Below, one piece after another: positions 34,226 through 43,152 of a stretch of DNA of 64,000 nucleotides (its first letter is position 1; the number at the start of each line of letters is the position of its first letter). Source of the stretch: Bacteroidaceae bacterium (lineage in GTDB: Bacteria; Bacteroidota; Bacteroidia; Bacteroidales; Bacteroidaceae). The stretch is taken from NCBI GenBank assembly GCA_017548075.1, contig JAFYNL010000034.1, positions 24,191 through 88,190 of the forward strand, in the 5' to 3' direction. Below the pieces are notes generated by a model that saw only the letters and a program-made list of their open reading frames with translations, was not told where the DNA came from and searched no databases. The position numbers and the translations under genes were made by a program.

Positions 34226-34785
34226 AAATAGTAATCATAGACAACTACGACTCGTTTACCTACAACCTGAGTCACTTAGTGAAGGAACTCGGAGCAGACG
34301 TCACGGTCTTTCGTAACGACAAGTTCGAGATGTCTTGGCTCGAGGCTTTCGATAAGATAATACTCTCTCCTGGTCCAGGCATTCCGAGTGAAGCAGGCCT
34401 TCTTCTCGAGGTCATCAAGACTTATGCAGGCAAGAAATCTATTCTCGGCGTGTGTCTCGGCCATCAAGCTATCGGCGAAGTCTTTGGAGGAAGACTCACC
34501 AACCTCAGCGACGTCTATCATGGTGTCGCAACTCCTGTCACGATAACTGCCGACGACTACCTCTTCGAAGGACTCGGCAAGACGTTCGAGGTCGGTCGCT
34601 ATCACTCGTGGGTCGTCGATACAAAAGACTTTCCAACTTGTCTCGAAGTGACGAGTGTGAGCGATGAAGGCTTTATCATGTCGCTCAGACATCGTGATTA
34701 CGACATCCGAGGCATACAGTACCATCCCGAAAGCGTCTTGACGAAAGAGGGAAAAAACATCATTAAGAACTGGCTTAAACATTAA
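34222..34785 (+). CDS. trpG: Anthranilate synthase component II (glutamine amidotransferase)
   Basis: 187 aa. IDNYDSFTYNL, GVCLGHQAI (catalytic Cys) and QYHPES motifs. Confidence 0.92.
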   Translation: MKIVIIDNYDSFTYNLSHLVKELGADVTVFRNDKFEMSWLEAFDKIILSPGPGIPSEAGLLLEVIKTYAGKKSILGVCLGHQAIGEVFGGRLTNLSDVYHGVATPVTITADDYLFEGLGKTFEVGRYHSWVVDTKDFPTCLEVTSVSDEGFIMSLRHRDYDIRGIQYHPESVLTKEGKNIIKNWLKH

Positions 34786-34789
34786 GAAG

Positions 34790-35785
34790 ATGAAACAATA
34801 CCTACAACGACTCATTGCCGGCGAAACGCTTTCGCGGCAAGACACGCACGACATCCTGCTAGGCATCACTCGCGAAGCCTATCCAGCCGAACAGATTGCG
34901 GCTATGCTGATGGCTTTGCAAACGAGAGGAGTATCAGTAGAAGAACTGCTCGGTCTCCGCGATGGTTTGCTCGAAACGGGCAAACATATTGACCTCGACG
35001 GCTATGATACGCTCGACATTGTCGGGACTGGTGGCGACGGGAAGAACACCTTCAACATCAGCACTTGCGCCTGTTTCGTGGTGGCTGGAGCGGGTTATAA
35101 AGTCACGAAGCACGGCAACGGAGCAAGCACGAGCGTAAGCGGTGCAAGCAACGTCCTGATGTGGCACGGCGTGAAGTTCACAGATGACGAAGGAAAGCTT
35201 CGTCGTTCACTCGATGAAGCCGGCATTTGTTACCTCCATGCACCTCTTTTTGCTAACGGCATGAAGTTCGTCGGACCTATTCGCAAAGCGCTTGGAGTGC
35301 CGACTTGCTTCAATCTGCTCGGTCCCCTGATTAATCCCTGTTCGCCCAAGAACTCGCTTCACGGCACCGCCACACAGGCCCAACTTCGCCTTTATGCCAA
35401 CATCCACCAGCACATTGGCGACAATTATGGCGTCGTGACGAGTTATGACGGATACGACGAGATATCGCTCACAAGTGGCTTTAAGCTGGTAACGCGGCAC
35501 TTCGAAAAGGTTTATACGCCCATCGAAATGGGGCTCTCTTACGTCAAACCTGAGGAAATTTACGGCGGTTCGACTGCCGAGCAAGCAAAGCAAATCTTCG
35601 ACAATGTGCTTGAGAACAAGGCAACTCAGGCTCAGAAGGATGTTGTGGTTGCAAATGCGGCTTGCGGCATCAGCCTAATGAACCCGAACCTCTCGATAAC
35701 AGACACAGTTGCGATGGCTCGCGAGTCAATCGAAAGCGGCAAAGCACTCCAGTGCCTCAAGAAATTTATCGAAATCAATTCTTAA
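34790..35785 (+). CDS. trpD: Anthranilate phosphoribosyltransferase
   Basis: 331 aa. DIVGTGGDGKNTFNIST and KHGN motifs. Confidence 0.92.
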   Translation: MKQYLQRLIAGETLSRQDTHDILLGITREAYPAEQIAAMLMALQTRGVSVEELLGLRDGLLETGKHIDLDGYDTLDIVGTGGDGKNTFNISTCACFVVAGAGYKVTKHGNGASTSVSGASNVLMWHGVKFTDDEGKLRRSLDEAGICYLHAPLFANGMKFVGPIRKALGVPTCFNLLGPLINPCSPKNSLHGTATQAQLRLYANIHQHIGDNYGVVTSYDGYDEISLTSGFKLVTRHFEKVYTPIEMGLSYVKPEEIYGGSTAEQAKQIFDNVLENKATQAQKDVVVANAACGISLMNPNLSITDTVAMARESIESGKALQCLKKFIEINS

Positions 35786-35786
35786 C

Positions 35787-36584
35787 ATGAAAGACATCTT
35801 AGAGGAAATCGTAGCGCACAAACGCATCGAAGTAGCTGAGCAGAAGGAGCAAACGCCACCTCGAAAGCTCTATGCCGAGGTTGAGCGAATGATGGCTGAA
35901 GGCGTGACGAAACGCAGTTTGAGTCAGGCTTTGGCACAAGACGACTATGGCATCATCGCCGAGTTCAAGCGCAAAAGTCCGTCGAAAGGATGGATTAAGG
36001 AAGACGGTAAGCCTGAGGTCATTCCCCCCTCTTACGAGAAGGCCGGAGCCGCGGCACTCAGTATCTTGACCGATGAGAAATACTTCGGAGGCTCACTCGA
36101 CTTCATAAAAAAGGCTCGTCCACTCGTCAATTTGCCCATCCTTCGCAAGGATTTCATCATAGATGAGTACCAGCTCTTTCAGGCTCGACACATCGGAGCA
36201 GACGCCGTTCTGCTTATCGCAGCCGACCTCAGCAAGCAGGAAGTGCGCTCACTTACGGCTCTTGCTCATGAGTTAGGGCTTGAAGTTTTGCTGGAACTGC
36301 ATTCAGAGCACGAACTTGATTATGTTGAGATTGATGTGGATGCAGTTGGCGTGAACAATCGCAACCTCGGAACTTTCGTGACTGACGTGCAGAACTCGTT
36401 TCGATTGGCAGTCCGTCTGCCCCAAGACAAAGTGCTCGTCAGCGAAAGTGGCATCAGCAATCCAGAAACCATTCGCTTGTTGAGAGGGGCAGGTTACAGG
36501 GGTTTCCTCATCGGAGAGACTTTCATGAAGACAGACGATCCAGGTCAAGCATTACATCAATTCATAATTCATAGTTATGAATAG
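35787..36584 (+). CDS. trpC: Indole-3-glycerol phosphate synthase
   Basis: MKDILEEIVAHKR start, IAEFKRKSPSKG, ILRKDFIIDEYQ. The ATG lies 1 nt after the trpD stop. Confidence 0.92.
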   Translation: MKDILEEIVAHKRIEVAEQKEQTPPRKLYAEVERMMAEGVTKRSLSQALAQDDYGIIAEFKRKSPSKGWIKEDGKPEVIPPSYEKAGAAALSILTDEKYFGGSLDFIKKARPLVNLPILRKDFIIDEYQLFQARHIGADAVLLIAADLSKQEVRSLTALAHELGLEVLLELHSEHELDYVEIDVDAVGVNNRNLGTFVTDVQNSFRLAVRLPQDKVLVSESGISNPETIRLLRGAGYRGFLIGETFMKTDDPGQALHQFIIHSYE

Positions 36585-37203
36585 CATCAAGGTATGCGGG
36601 ATGCGCGACGCCGACAATATACGCGCAGTTGAGGAACAGGCGAAGCCCGACATGATGGGCTTTATCTGCTGGGAACATTCGCCAAGATATGTGAGCGAAG
36701 TACCTGCCTATCTGCCCGAATGCAAGCGTGTTGGCGTCTTTGTTAACCCGACTCTCGACGAAATTCAAAAGCATATCGAAGCTTTCGACTTCAGCTACAT
36801 CCAACTTCACGGCAGCGAATCTCCAGAGTTTTGCCAAGAGGTTCGAGAGAAGACGGGCTGCAAAGTCATCAAAGCAATCAGCGTGGACCGAAAAGAAGAC
36901 CTCGCTCTTGCGAGTCAATACGAAGGTTTCGTGGATTTGCTTCTCTTTGATACTAAGTGCAAGACAGTTGGCGGAAGCGGTCAGCAGTTCAGTTGGGACA
37001 TCCTTTCCGACTACCAAGGTTCCCTACCCTTCCTGCTTTCAGGAGGCATCGGACCTGATGATGCTGAGCGACTTAGCAAGTTTCACCACCTCAAATGTCT
37101 CGGCTTCGACATCAATTCTCGCTTTGAAATCGAGCCAGGCCTTAAGGATACAGATAAAATTAGAACTTTCATAAGCACAATCAGACAACATGAATCGAAT
37201 TAA
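36577..37203 (+). CDS. trpF: Phosphoribosylanthranilate isomerase
   Basis: 208 aa. IKVCGM, YIQLHG and LLSGGI motifs. 8-nt overlap with trpC. Confidence 0.9.
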   Translation: MNSIKVCGMRDADNIRAVEEQAKPDMMGFICWEHSPRYVSEVPAYLPECKRVGVFVNPTLDEIQKHIEAFDFSYIQLHGSESPEFCQEVREKTGCKVIKAISVDRKEDLALASQYEGFVDLLLFDTKCKTVGGSGQQFSWDILSDYQGSLPFLLSGGIGPDDAERLSKFHHLKCLGFDINSRFEIEPGLKDTDKIRTFISTIRQHESN

Positions 37204-37969
37204 CCAGATATTCCAAGAGAAGAGCAAAGGCTTGCTCTCGCTCTATTTTTGCGCAGGTCATCCGACTCTCGAAAGCACTTCCGACATCATCAAGACGCTG
37301 GAACAGAAGGGCATAGACTTCATCGAAGTGGGCATTCCATTTAGTGATCCGATGGCAGACGGCCCAGTCATTCAGGACGCATCAACAAAAGCTTTGCGAA
37401 ACGGAATGACCTTGCAGAAGCTCTTCTCGCAGTTGGAACCGCTCAGAAAGGAAGGCGTGAAGCTTCCCCTCATACTGATGGGCTACATGAATCCCATTTA
37501 TCACATGGGCTACGAGCCTTTCTTCCGTCGTTGCGAGGAAGTTGGCGTCGATGGCGTCATCATCCCAGACCTCCCCTTCTCCGACTATATGAACGAGGTC
37601 AAGTCGATTGCCGACAAGCATGATATCAGGGTTATCATGCTCATCACGCCTGAGACAAGCGACGAACGCATTCGTTTCATCGACGAAAATACCGACGGTT
37701 TCATTTATATGGTCAGTTCCGCAGCCACGACTGGAGCACAGAAAGAGTTCGACCAGGCCAAGCAGGCTTACTTCGAGAGAATCGATAAGATGAACCTCAG
37801 ACATCCTCGTATGATTGGTTTCGGCATTAGTAATCGGCAGACTTTGGCAAGCGCTCAAGCCAACGCAGCAGGGGCCATCATCGGAAGCAAGTTCGTAAGT
37901 TTGCTCGACAAACTGGGGGCTCCGCTTCCCGCAATTGAGGAACTTTTCAAGGCTCTCTCGGAGGATTAA
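37190..37969 (+). CDS. trpA: Tryptophan synthase alpha chain
   Basis: 259 aa. IEVGIPFSDPMADGPVIQ and GFGIS motifs. Confidence 0.92.
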   Translation: MNRINQIFQEKSKGLLSLYFCAGHPTLESTSDIIKTLEQKGIDFIEVGIPFSDPMADGPVIQDASTKALRNGMTLQKLFSQLEPLRKEGVKLPLILMGYMNPIYHMGYEPFFRRCEEVGVDGVIIPDLPFSDYMNEVKSIADKHDIRVIMLITPETSDERIRFIDENTDGFIYMVSSAATTGAQKEFDQAKQAYFERIDKMNLRHPRMIGFGISNRQTLASAQANAAGAIIGSKFVSLLDKLGAPLPAIEELFKALSED

Positions 37970-37970
37970 T

Positions 37971-38056
37971 CAACACTCTTAGTGTCGTTGGCAAACTTAA
38001 CGTGGTTAAATCGCAAACATAACGTGTTATGTTGACGAAGTTAACGTGTTACGTTT
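37971..38056. repeat. Array of ~4 tandem 22-bp units (reverse orientation) starting 2 nt after the trpA stop
   Basis: caacactcttagtgtcgttg / gcaaacttaacgtggttaaatc / gcaaacataacgtgttatgttg / acgaagttaacgtgttacgttt. Confidence 0.9.
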
Positions 38057-38062
38057 GATAAT

Positions 38063-38096
38063 TAGACGTGCCTAGTTTCCGAATTAGGCACGTCTA
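38063..38096. terminator. Perfect 12-bp hairpin between the convergent trpA and GH35 genes (candidate bidirectional terminator)
   Basis: tagacgtgccta-gtttccgaat-taggcacgtcta. No strong T-run on either side. Confidence 0.5.
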
Positions 38097-38101
38097 GTCT
38101 T

Positions 38102-40489
38102 CTAATATACAAAGGCCCTAAAGTTCTTGATACTTCCCGGAGCCCCTTGTTCGGCTCGAGGTAGGTACTCTATGCCTCTGACTTGTTGCTCGGAACCAAG
38201 GTCGATGACGAGAAGATGCGGCAGGTCTGTACCCTTGACAGTCTGCCAATAGGTGCTCTCCTGAAGGTCGAAAACTTTGTCGCCTAAGTGGTTGCCGTTG
38301 TCCTCCTCGCTTGTAGCGTACTTCACAGTCCAAGGCTCGCGACTGATGCGTTCCTGTTCGCCTCCAAGAACATAAAACTCTGCAATGGCTACGGCATCGT
38401 TTGCCCATGTACTCTGTACCTCGATTGCGAGATAACGACCTTTCTTTGTACCAGACTTGAAGAGAACTTTCTGCCAGCCGTTGCCTGCCTTGAACTCGCC
38501 TTCAATAACTGGAGACTTGCTGTTCAGGTCGGGCTTGTCGCCAGGATTGTTGTGCTTGCCTGTCTTCTCGAGCTGCAGTTTGTTCAACTCGGGCTCAGCC
38601 TGTCCCCATGTTACTGCCTGTTCTGGACCTACTATATCGAGGACGATGACTTCGTTCTGACCTTTCTTCAACCAGCAACCAGGCACATAAAGCGTCTGCT
38701 GAGGGCCGATACTCCAGATGCGGCCAAGAGCGTGACCGTTCACCCAGACCTGTCCTTTTCCCCAAGTCTCGAAGTTAAGAAAGGTGTCGCCAACCTTCTT
38801 CAAGTTGAAGTAACCGCGATAATAGCCACGTTTGCTCACCAGATCAAGCCCATCGGCGTTCCATTGTGGCTTCTTTCCCAGACGTTGGCCTTCTTTTTCC
38901 GGCTTTGTATAGTCGAAATTATGAACAAATGCATCGGCAGCTTTCTCGTAGCTGTCGGGCAGAGCCACCTTAATCCAGCCTTGAGGTTTCCAGGTGGTTT
39001 CAATGTGGTCAATAGTGGCCGTGAGGGTGACCTCGCTAACGATTCCTTTGAAGTCCTTGATGGCTCGGCCAAAGTTAATGCGCCCCATTGCCTCAACAAG
39101 AATCTCCAATTCGTCACCTTTTTTGACGGGAGGGAGCGTGAGGCTCTTCTCGTTCTTCACACGGTCAATCTTGCCAATGTACTTGCCGTTAATGAAGATC
39201 TGAGCAAAATCGTGGAAGTCGGCTGAGATAACGCTTGGTTCGCTTATTTCGGGCAAAGTTGTAAAGTAGCACATTGTTCCCCAGCCTAAGTCCATCTCCT
39301 CGAAGGTTTTCAGTCCGCCTTCTTTTTGGATAGAAGATCCCATTCCGTCAAAGCCATTGAAGATGGAGGAGAACTCCTTCAACTCGAACTTTGGAATGGT
39401 GATGATGGGCATGGGAGGCTTGGGTACTGACGGGAGTTTCTTGTCGCTATACTTCTGCATCATCTTGCGAAGTTCCCAGAACTTGGCTGTAGGCAAGCCC
39501 CATTCATTGATGGGAGCATCATAGTCGTAGCTCGTTACGTCAGGTGCAAATCCAGGACTGTTCGCTCCTGCCCAATGCCCGAAGCTTGTACCGCCATGCG
39601 TCATATAGAGCGAGAAGCTAATGCCTTTGCTGAGCATCTCGTCCATGCCTTCCACCATATCCTTCGCAGGTCGAATTTCATGTTGCGCTCCCCACTTGTC
39701 AAACCAGCCACTCCAAAACTCAGAGCACATTTTGGGAGCATCAGGACGAACCTCACCAAGCCTGCGAAACTGCTCGTCGATGTTCGCTCCTGTGCCGAAG
39801 TTCATTGTCCATGTGAGGTCATCAAGCCCATTCTTCTCGAAATTACTGCTCCAGTCGCATTGGAAGAGAGCCAGCTCTTTGCCATAAATGCTTCGCAAGC
39901 AATCCCTTATCTCACTTACATAGGGCTTATCCTCACCATAACTGCCGTACTCGTTTTCCACCTGCATCATGATGATTGGGCCGCCGTTTTGAATAGTAAG
40001 AGGACGAAGTTGCTCGCCCACCTTCTTTTCGAATATCTTGACGCGCTCCATGAAATAAGGGTCGCGCTCGCGGAGCTTGATGTCCTTCTTCTTTAGAAGC
40101 CACCAAGGCAGACCGCCCATCTCCCATTCGGCACACACGTATGGACCGGGACGCACGATGACATACATGCCATTCTTCTGTGCTATGCGGCAGAACTCGG
40201 CCACATCGTTGTTGTCGGTAAAGTTGAACTCGCCCTCCTTCTGTTCGTGGATGTTCCAAAAGATGTAAATGCAGACGGAGTTCATGCCCAATGCCTTACA
40301 CATCTTGATGCGGTGCTCCCAATAAGGGCGAGGAATGCGAGGGTAATGCACTTCGGCTGCCTTCACGATGAAAGGCTCACCATTGAGCAAGAAGGTCTTG
40401 CTGCCAACAGTAAATGTACCTGCGGCTTGCATCGAAACAGAACCTAGCAAAAAAGCGGAAAGAATAAGGAATCGAAACAATTTTTTCAT
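38102..40489 (-). CDS. Beta-galactosidase, glycoside hydrolase family 35, with a C-terminal discoidin (F5/8 type C) domain
   Basis: 795 aa. Signal peptide, FLLNGEPFIVKAAEVHYPRIPRPYWEHRIKMCKALGMNSV and QVENEYG (GH35 acid/base). C-terminal NHLGDKVFDLQESTYWQT is discoidin-like. Confidence 0.88.
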   Translation of the reverse strand: MKKLFRFLILSAFLLGSVSMQAAGTFTVGSKTFLLNGEPFIVKAAEVHYPRIPRPYWEHRIKMCKALGMNSVCIYIFWNIHEQKEGEFNFTDNNDVAEFCRIAQKNGMYVIVRPGPYVCAEWEMGGLPWWLLKKKDIKLRERDPYFMERVKIFEKKVGEQLRPLTIQNGGPIIMMQVENEYGSYGEDKPYVSEIRDCLRSIYGKELALFQCDWSSNFEKNGLDDLTWTMNFGTGANIDEQFRRLGEVRPDAPKMCSEFWSGWFDKWGAQHEIRPAKDMVEGMDEMLSKGISFSLYMTHGGTSFGHWAGANSPGFAPDVTSYDYDAPINEWGLPTAKFWELRKMMQKYSDKKLPSVPKPPMPIITIPKFELKEFSSIFNGFDGMGSSIQKEGGLKTFEEMDLGWGTMCYFTTLPEISEPSVISADFHDFAQIFINGKYIGKIDRVKNEKSLTLPPVKKGDELEILVEAMGRINFGRAIKDFKGIVSEVTLTATIDHIETTWKPQGWIKVALPDSYEKAADAFVHNFDYTKPEKEGQRLGKKPQWNADGLDLVSKRGYYRGYFNLKKVGDTFLNFETWGKGQVWVNGHALGRIWSIGPQQTLYVPGCWLKKGQNEVIVLDIVGPEQAVTWGQAEPELNKLQLEKTGKHNNPGDKPDLNSKSPVIEGEFKAGNGWQKVLFKSGTKKGRYLAIEVQSTWANDAVAIAEFYVLGGEQERISREPWTVKYATSEEDNGNHLGDKVFDLQESTYWQTVKGTDLPHLLVIDLGSEQQVRGIEYLPRAEQGAPGSIKNFRAFVY

Positions 40490-40500
40490 ATTGCTTGAGG

Positions 40501-42006
40501 TTATAATGATACAAATGTAGTAATGCTTCGAGGAGGCAATTTTGTGGAGCCTTTGCAGGGAGCGAGCGGTTTTAAGGTTTCACCCTCAACATCGCTTGTT
40601 CGGTAAGGTTGCCACTTATTCTTGTGCTTCCCCACAGAGAAGACAAAAGACTTTTCCTCCTGACTATAATTGAGAGCCACAACTACCCAAGATCCGTCTT
40701 TGTTCTGAAAAGCCGACACCATTAGGCCAAATGGATCTTCTTCCTGACCGGAAGTGATATTGTAGCGTACTGCTCCAGGTCGAATGAAGCGGCTATAGTT
40801 GCCCAAAGCCCATAGCAGACGGCTGTCTCGGCCTTGATGCTCGCGGTCATAGACACGAATGAGGCCGTCCTTATAATCGGCTCCACAAGCCCGCCACCAC
40901 GACCAACTCTTGGCATTTGCATAACAAAGGTCATGATGAATGACTCGAGCCACATAGAGAGCCGTCTTCATAGTAAAGTCGTATCGCTGACCGCCACCAA
41001 TCTCTTTGTCATTGCTCATGATGCAAATCTCCGACTGCCAGAAACCGACTCCAAACTTTTTCAACTCTTCGCGAAGTTGAAGCCGTATCTTCTTCATGAA
41101 AGTTACTGGCGTGTTCGTCCAATAACTGTGACCTAACATCAGTCGAGGCACCAAAGGCGTATTGCCAAGATAAGAGGCTGTGCTGTCAGCCGACCAGAAG
41201 GAAGCAATGCCGTTGCCACGCTCCCATGAAGTATCGTGAATGCCAAGCAAGCAACGAAGGTCGCTGGACTCATCAACAACAATCTGTGTCTGGAGTCCTC
41301 GTTCCGTAAAAGCCTGACTTACGAGGCGAGCCACTCGAGCAATTTCCCTGTTGGTCGCAGGCGAACCTTCCTGCTTTGGTCCTTGCCAATTCCAGCTGCC
41401 ATCAGGCTCGTTGACAGGCGAAAGATAATCAATGTGAATGCCATGCTCTCTCTCCAAACCGCTTACAGACTCCGCCATAAACTGGACAAATGGTTCATAA
41501 CACTCGGGACGCAGGTTCAAAGTGCCTCCTCGACCAGTATTGGTGGCCAATCCATTTGCTGTGAAGTGAACTGGTGGCGAGTTAAGGAAAGCAAGGAGAT
41601 ATGGAACGCCTCGCTCCTTTGCCAACTTTAGGAAACGCACTTGTCCGGCTTGCTTCGACCAATCATAAGTCCCGTCAGCCTTAAGAAAACACTCCGTTCG
41701 AGTACCTCTATTTATATAGGAAGAGTCGCCCTGCTCGCTACTACCTGCTCCAAGATTGAAACGCCATAAAGAAAGGCCTATGCCCAATGGCTGCCCACTC
41801 TCGTCGCATTCTGTGGAAAAGAGCCAATCGGCAATTTGCTTCTGTGCATCTTCCTCTGGCCATAGACCGATATTCCACATCGACCACGCATCAGAAGCTC
41901 CGAAATGGTCAATCGTCTGCTCAGGATGTTCTGTATCAACCACATAGCTTTGACCTAAGGCGACTGTAGTCGAAAGGAGTAGCAAAGAGAGAAGCAGTGT
42001 TTTCAT
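40501..42006 (-). CDS. Glycoside hydrolase family 30 protein
   Basis: 501 aa. Signal peptide, IDHFGASDAWS and LSPVNEPD motifs typical of GH30. Confidence 0.75.
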   Translation of the reverse strand: MKTLLLSLLLLSTTVALGQSYVVDTEHPEQTIDHFGASDAWSMWNIGLWPEEDAQKQIADWLFSTECDESGQPLGIGLSLWRFNLGAGSSEQGDSSYINRGTRTECFLKADGTYDWSKQAGQVRFLKLAKERGVPYLLAFLNSPPVHFTANGLATNTGRGGTLNLRPECYEPFVQFMAESVSGLEREHGIHIDYLSPVNEPDGSWNWQGPKQEGSPATNREIARVARLVSQAFTERGLQTQIVVDESSDLRCLLGIHDTSWERGNGIASFWSADSTASYLGNTPLVPRLMLGHSYWTNTPVTFMKKIRLQLREELKKFGVGFWQSEICIMSNDKEIGGGQRYDFTMKTALYVARVIHHDLCYANAKSWSWWRACGADYKDGLIRVYDREHQGRDSRLLWALGNYSRFIRPGAVRYNITSGQEEDPFGLMVSAFQNKDGSWVVVALNYSQEEKSFVFSVGKHKNKWQPYRTSDVEGETLKPLAPCKGSTKLPPRSITTFVSL

Positions 42007-42021
42007 AAGAAGGTGGGATCT

Positions 42022-42603
42022 TTAAAGTCCTAAGATGATACCGGCAAAGCCGCAAAGCAGGATGATGAGAATAGGCCCGAGACGATAAACCTTCTGACCA
42101 ATGAAAGCAAAGAGGAAAAGGAAGATACTGAGGCAGAAACGCCAGGGATTCTCACTCAAAGAACTGAAGTTTTCGCGATTCATCAAGAGCAGAGCGGCTG
42201 CAAGAAGCAAGCCAACAACGGCAGGGCGCAAGCCACTGAAGACGTTCTCGACCGAAGGATGATTTCTGTATTTCAAGAGGAATTTGCTGATGAGCAACAT
42301 CAAGATGAAGCTCGGAAGCACGACTGCAAAAGTGGCAAGGAAGCTGCCCATGATGCCCCATGCAGGAGAATAACCCGCATTAACAAGGGCCGTGTACCCA
42401 ACATATGTGGCAGAGTTGATGCCGATGGGTCCTGGAGTGCTTTGGCTGACAGCCACAATGTCCGTGAACTGTCCCATTGTCATCCAATGATAATGTCCCA
42501 CAACCTCTCCCTGAATCATGGAAAGCATCGCATAACCTCCGCCGAAACCGAAAAGACCAATAAGGAAGAAGGTCCAAAAGAGCTGTAGAAGGAGCAATAT
42601 CAT
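42022..42603 (-). CDS. chrA: Chromate transporter family protein (short-chain CHR, second half)
   Basis: 193 aa. GLFGFGGGYAMLSMI motif. Confidence 0.85.
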   Translation of the reverse strand: MILLLLQLFWTFFLIGLFGFGGGYAMLSMIQGEVVGHYHWMTMGQFTDIVAVSQSTPGPIGINSATYVGYTALVNAGYSPAWGIMGSFLATFAVVLPSFILMLLISKFLLKYRNHPSVENVFSGLRPAVVGLLLAAALLLMNRENFSSLSENPWRFCLSIFLFLFAFIGQKVYRLGPILIILLCGFAGIILGL

Positions 42604-42609
42604 AAGCCG

Positions 42610-43152
42610 TTACGAGTTAACAAAGTCATCTTTAAGGTACTTTCCATAGACGTATCCAGAAACTCCTGCCGCGAGAACTACGAAGATAGGACTAACGCCG
42701 AGCATCCAGATAAGGAAGGCTGCAACCAAAGGAATCCAGATGTTGTATCTGTTTATCTTAGCGCTTTTTGCCATCCTAAAGACGGGCAAAGCAATGAGCG
42801 CCACGACTGCAGGACGAATGCCATGAAAGAAGTGTTCCACATAGACGTTTTCTCTGAACTGCTGAAACACGAGTGCGATAGCCAAGATGCAGAGAAAAGA
42901 AGGCAGGCAAGTGCCGATAGCACTGACGAGAGCACCCGTTTTTCCTCTTTGCTTAAGACCAATGAAGATGCTGAGGTTCACAGCAAAAATACCCGGACAA
43001 GACTGCGCAACGGCAATCAAGTCGAGCAATTCCTGTTCGCTCACCCATCGCTTCTCATCCACCACCTTACGTTCGATAAGCGGTATCATTGCATAACCGC
43101 CTCCGATGGTAAAGAGGCCTATCTGGAAAAAGGTCTTTAAGAGTTCAAACAT
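42610..43152 (-). CDS. chrA: Chromate transporter family protein (short-chain CHR, first half)
   Basis: 180 aa. GLFTIGGGYAMIPLI motif. Paired half-size genes. Confidence 0.85.
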   Translation of the reverse strand: MFELLKTFFQIGLFTIGGGYAMIPLIERKVVDEKRWVSEQELLDLIAVAQSCPGIFAVNLSIFIGLKQRGKTGALVSAIGTCLPSFLCILAIALVFQQFRENVYVEHFFHGIRPAVVALIALPVFRMAKSAKINRYNIWIPLVAAFLIWMLGVSPIFVVLAAGVSGYVYGKYLKDDFVNS

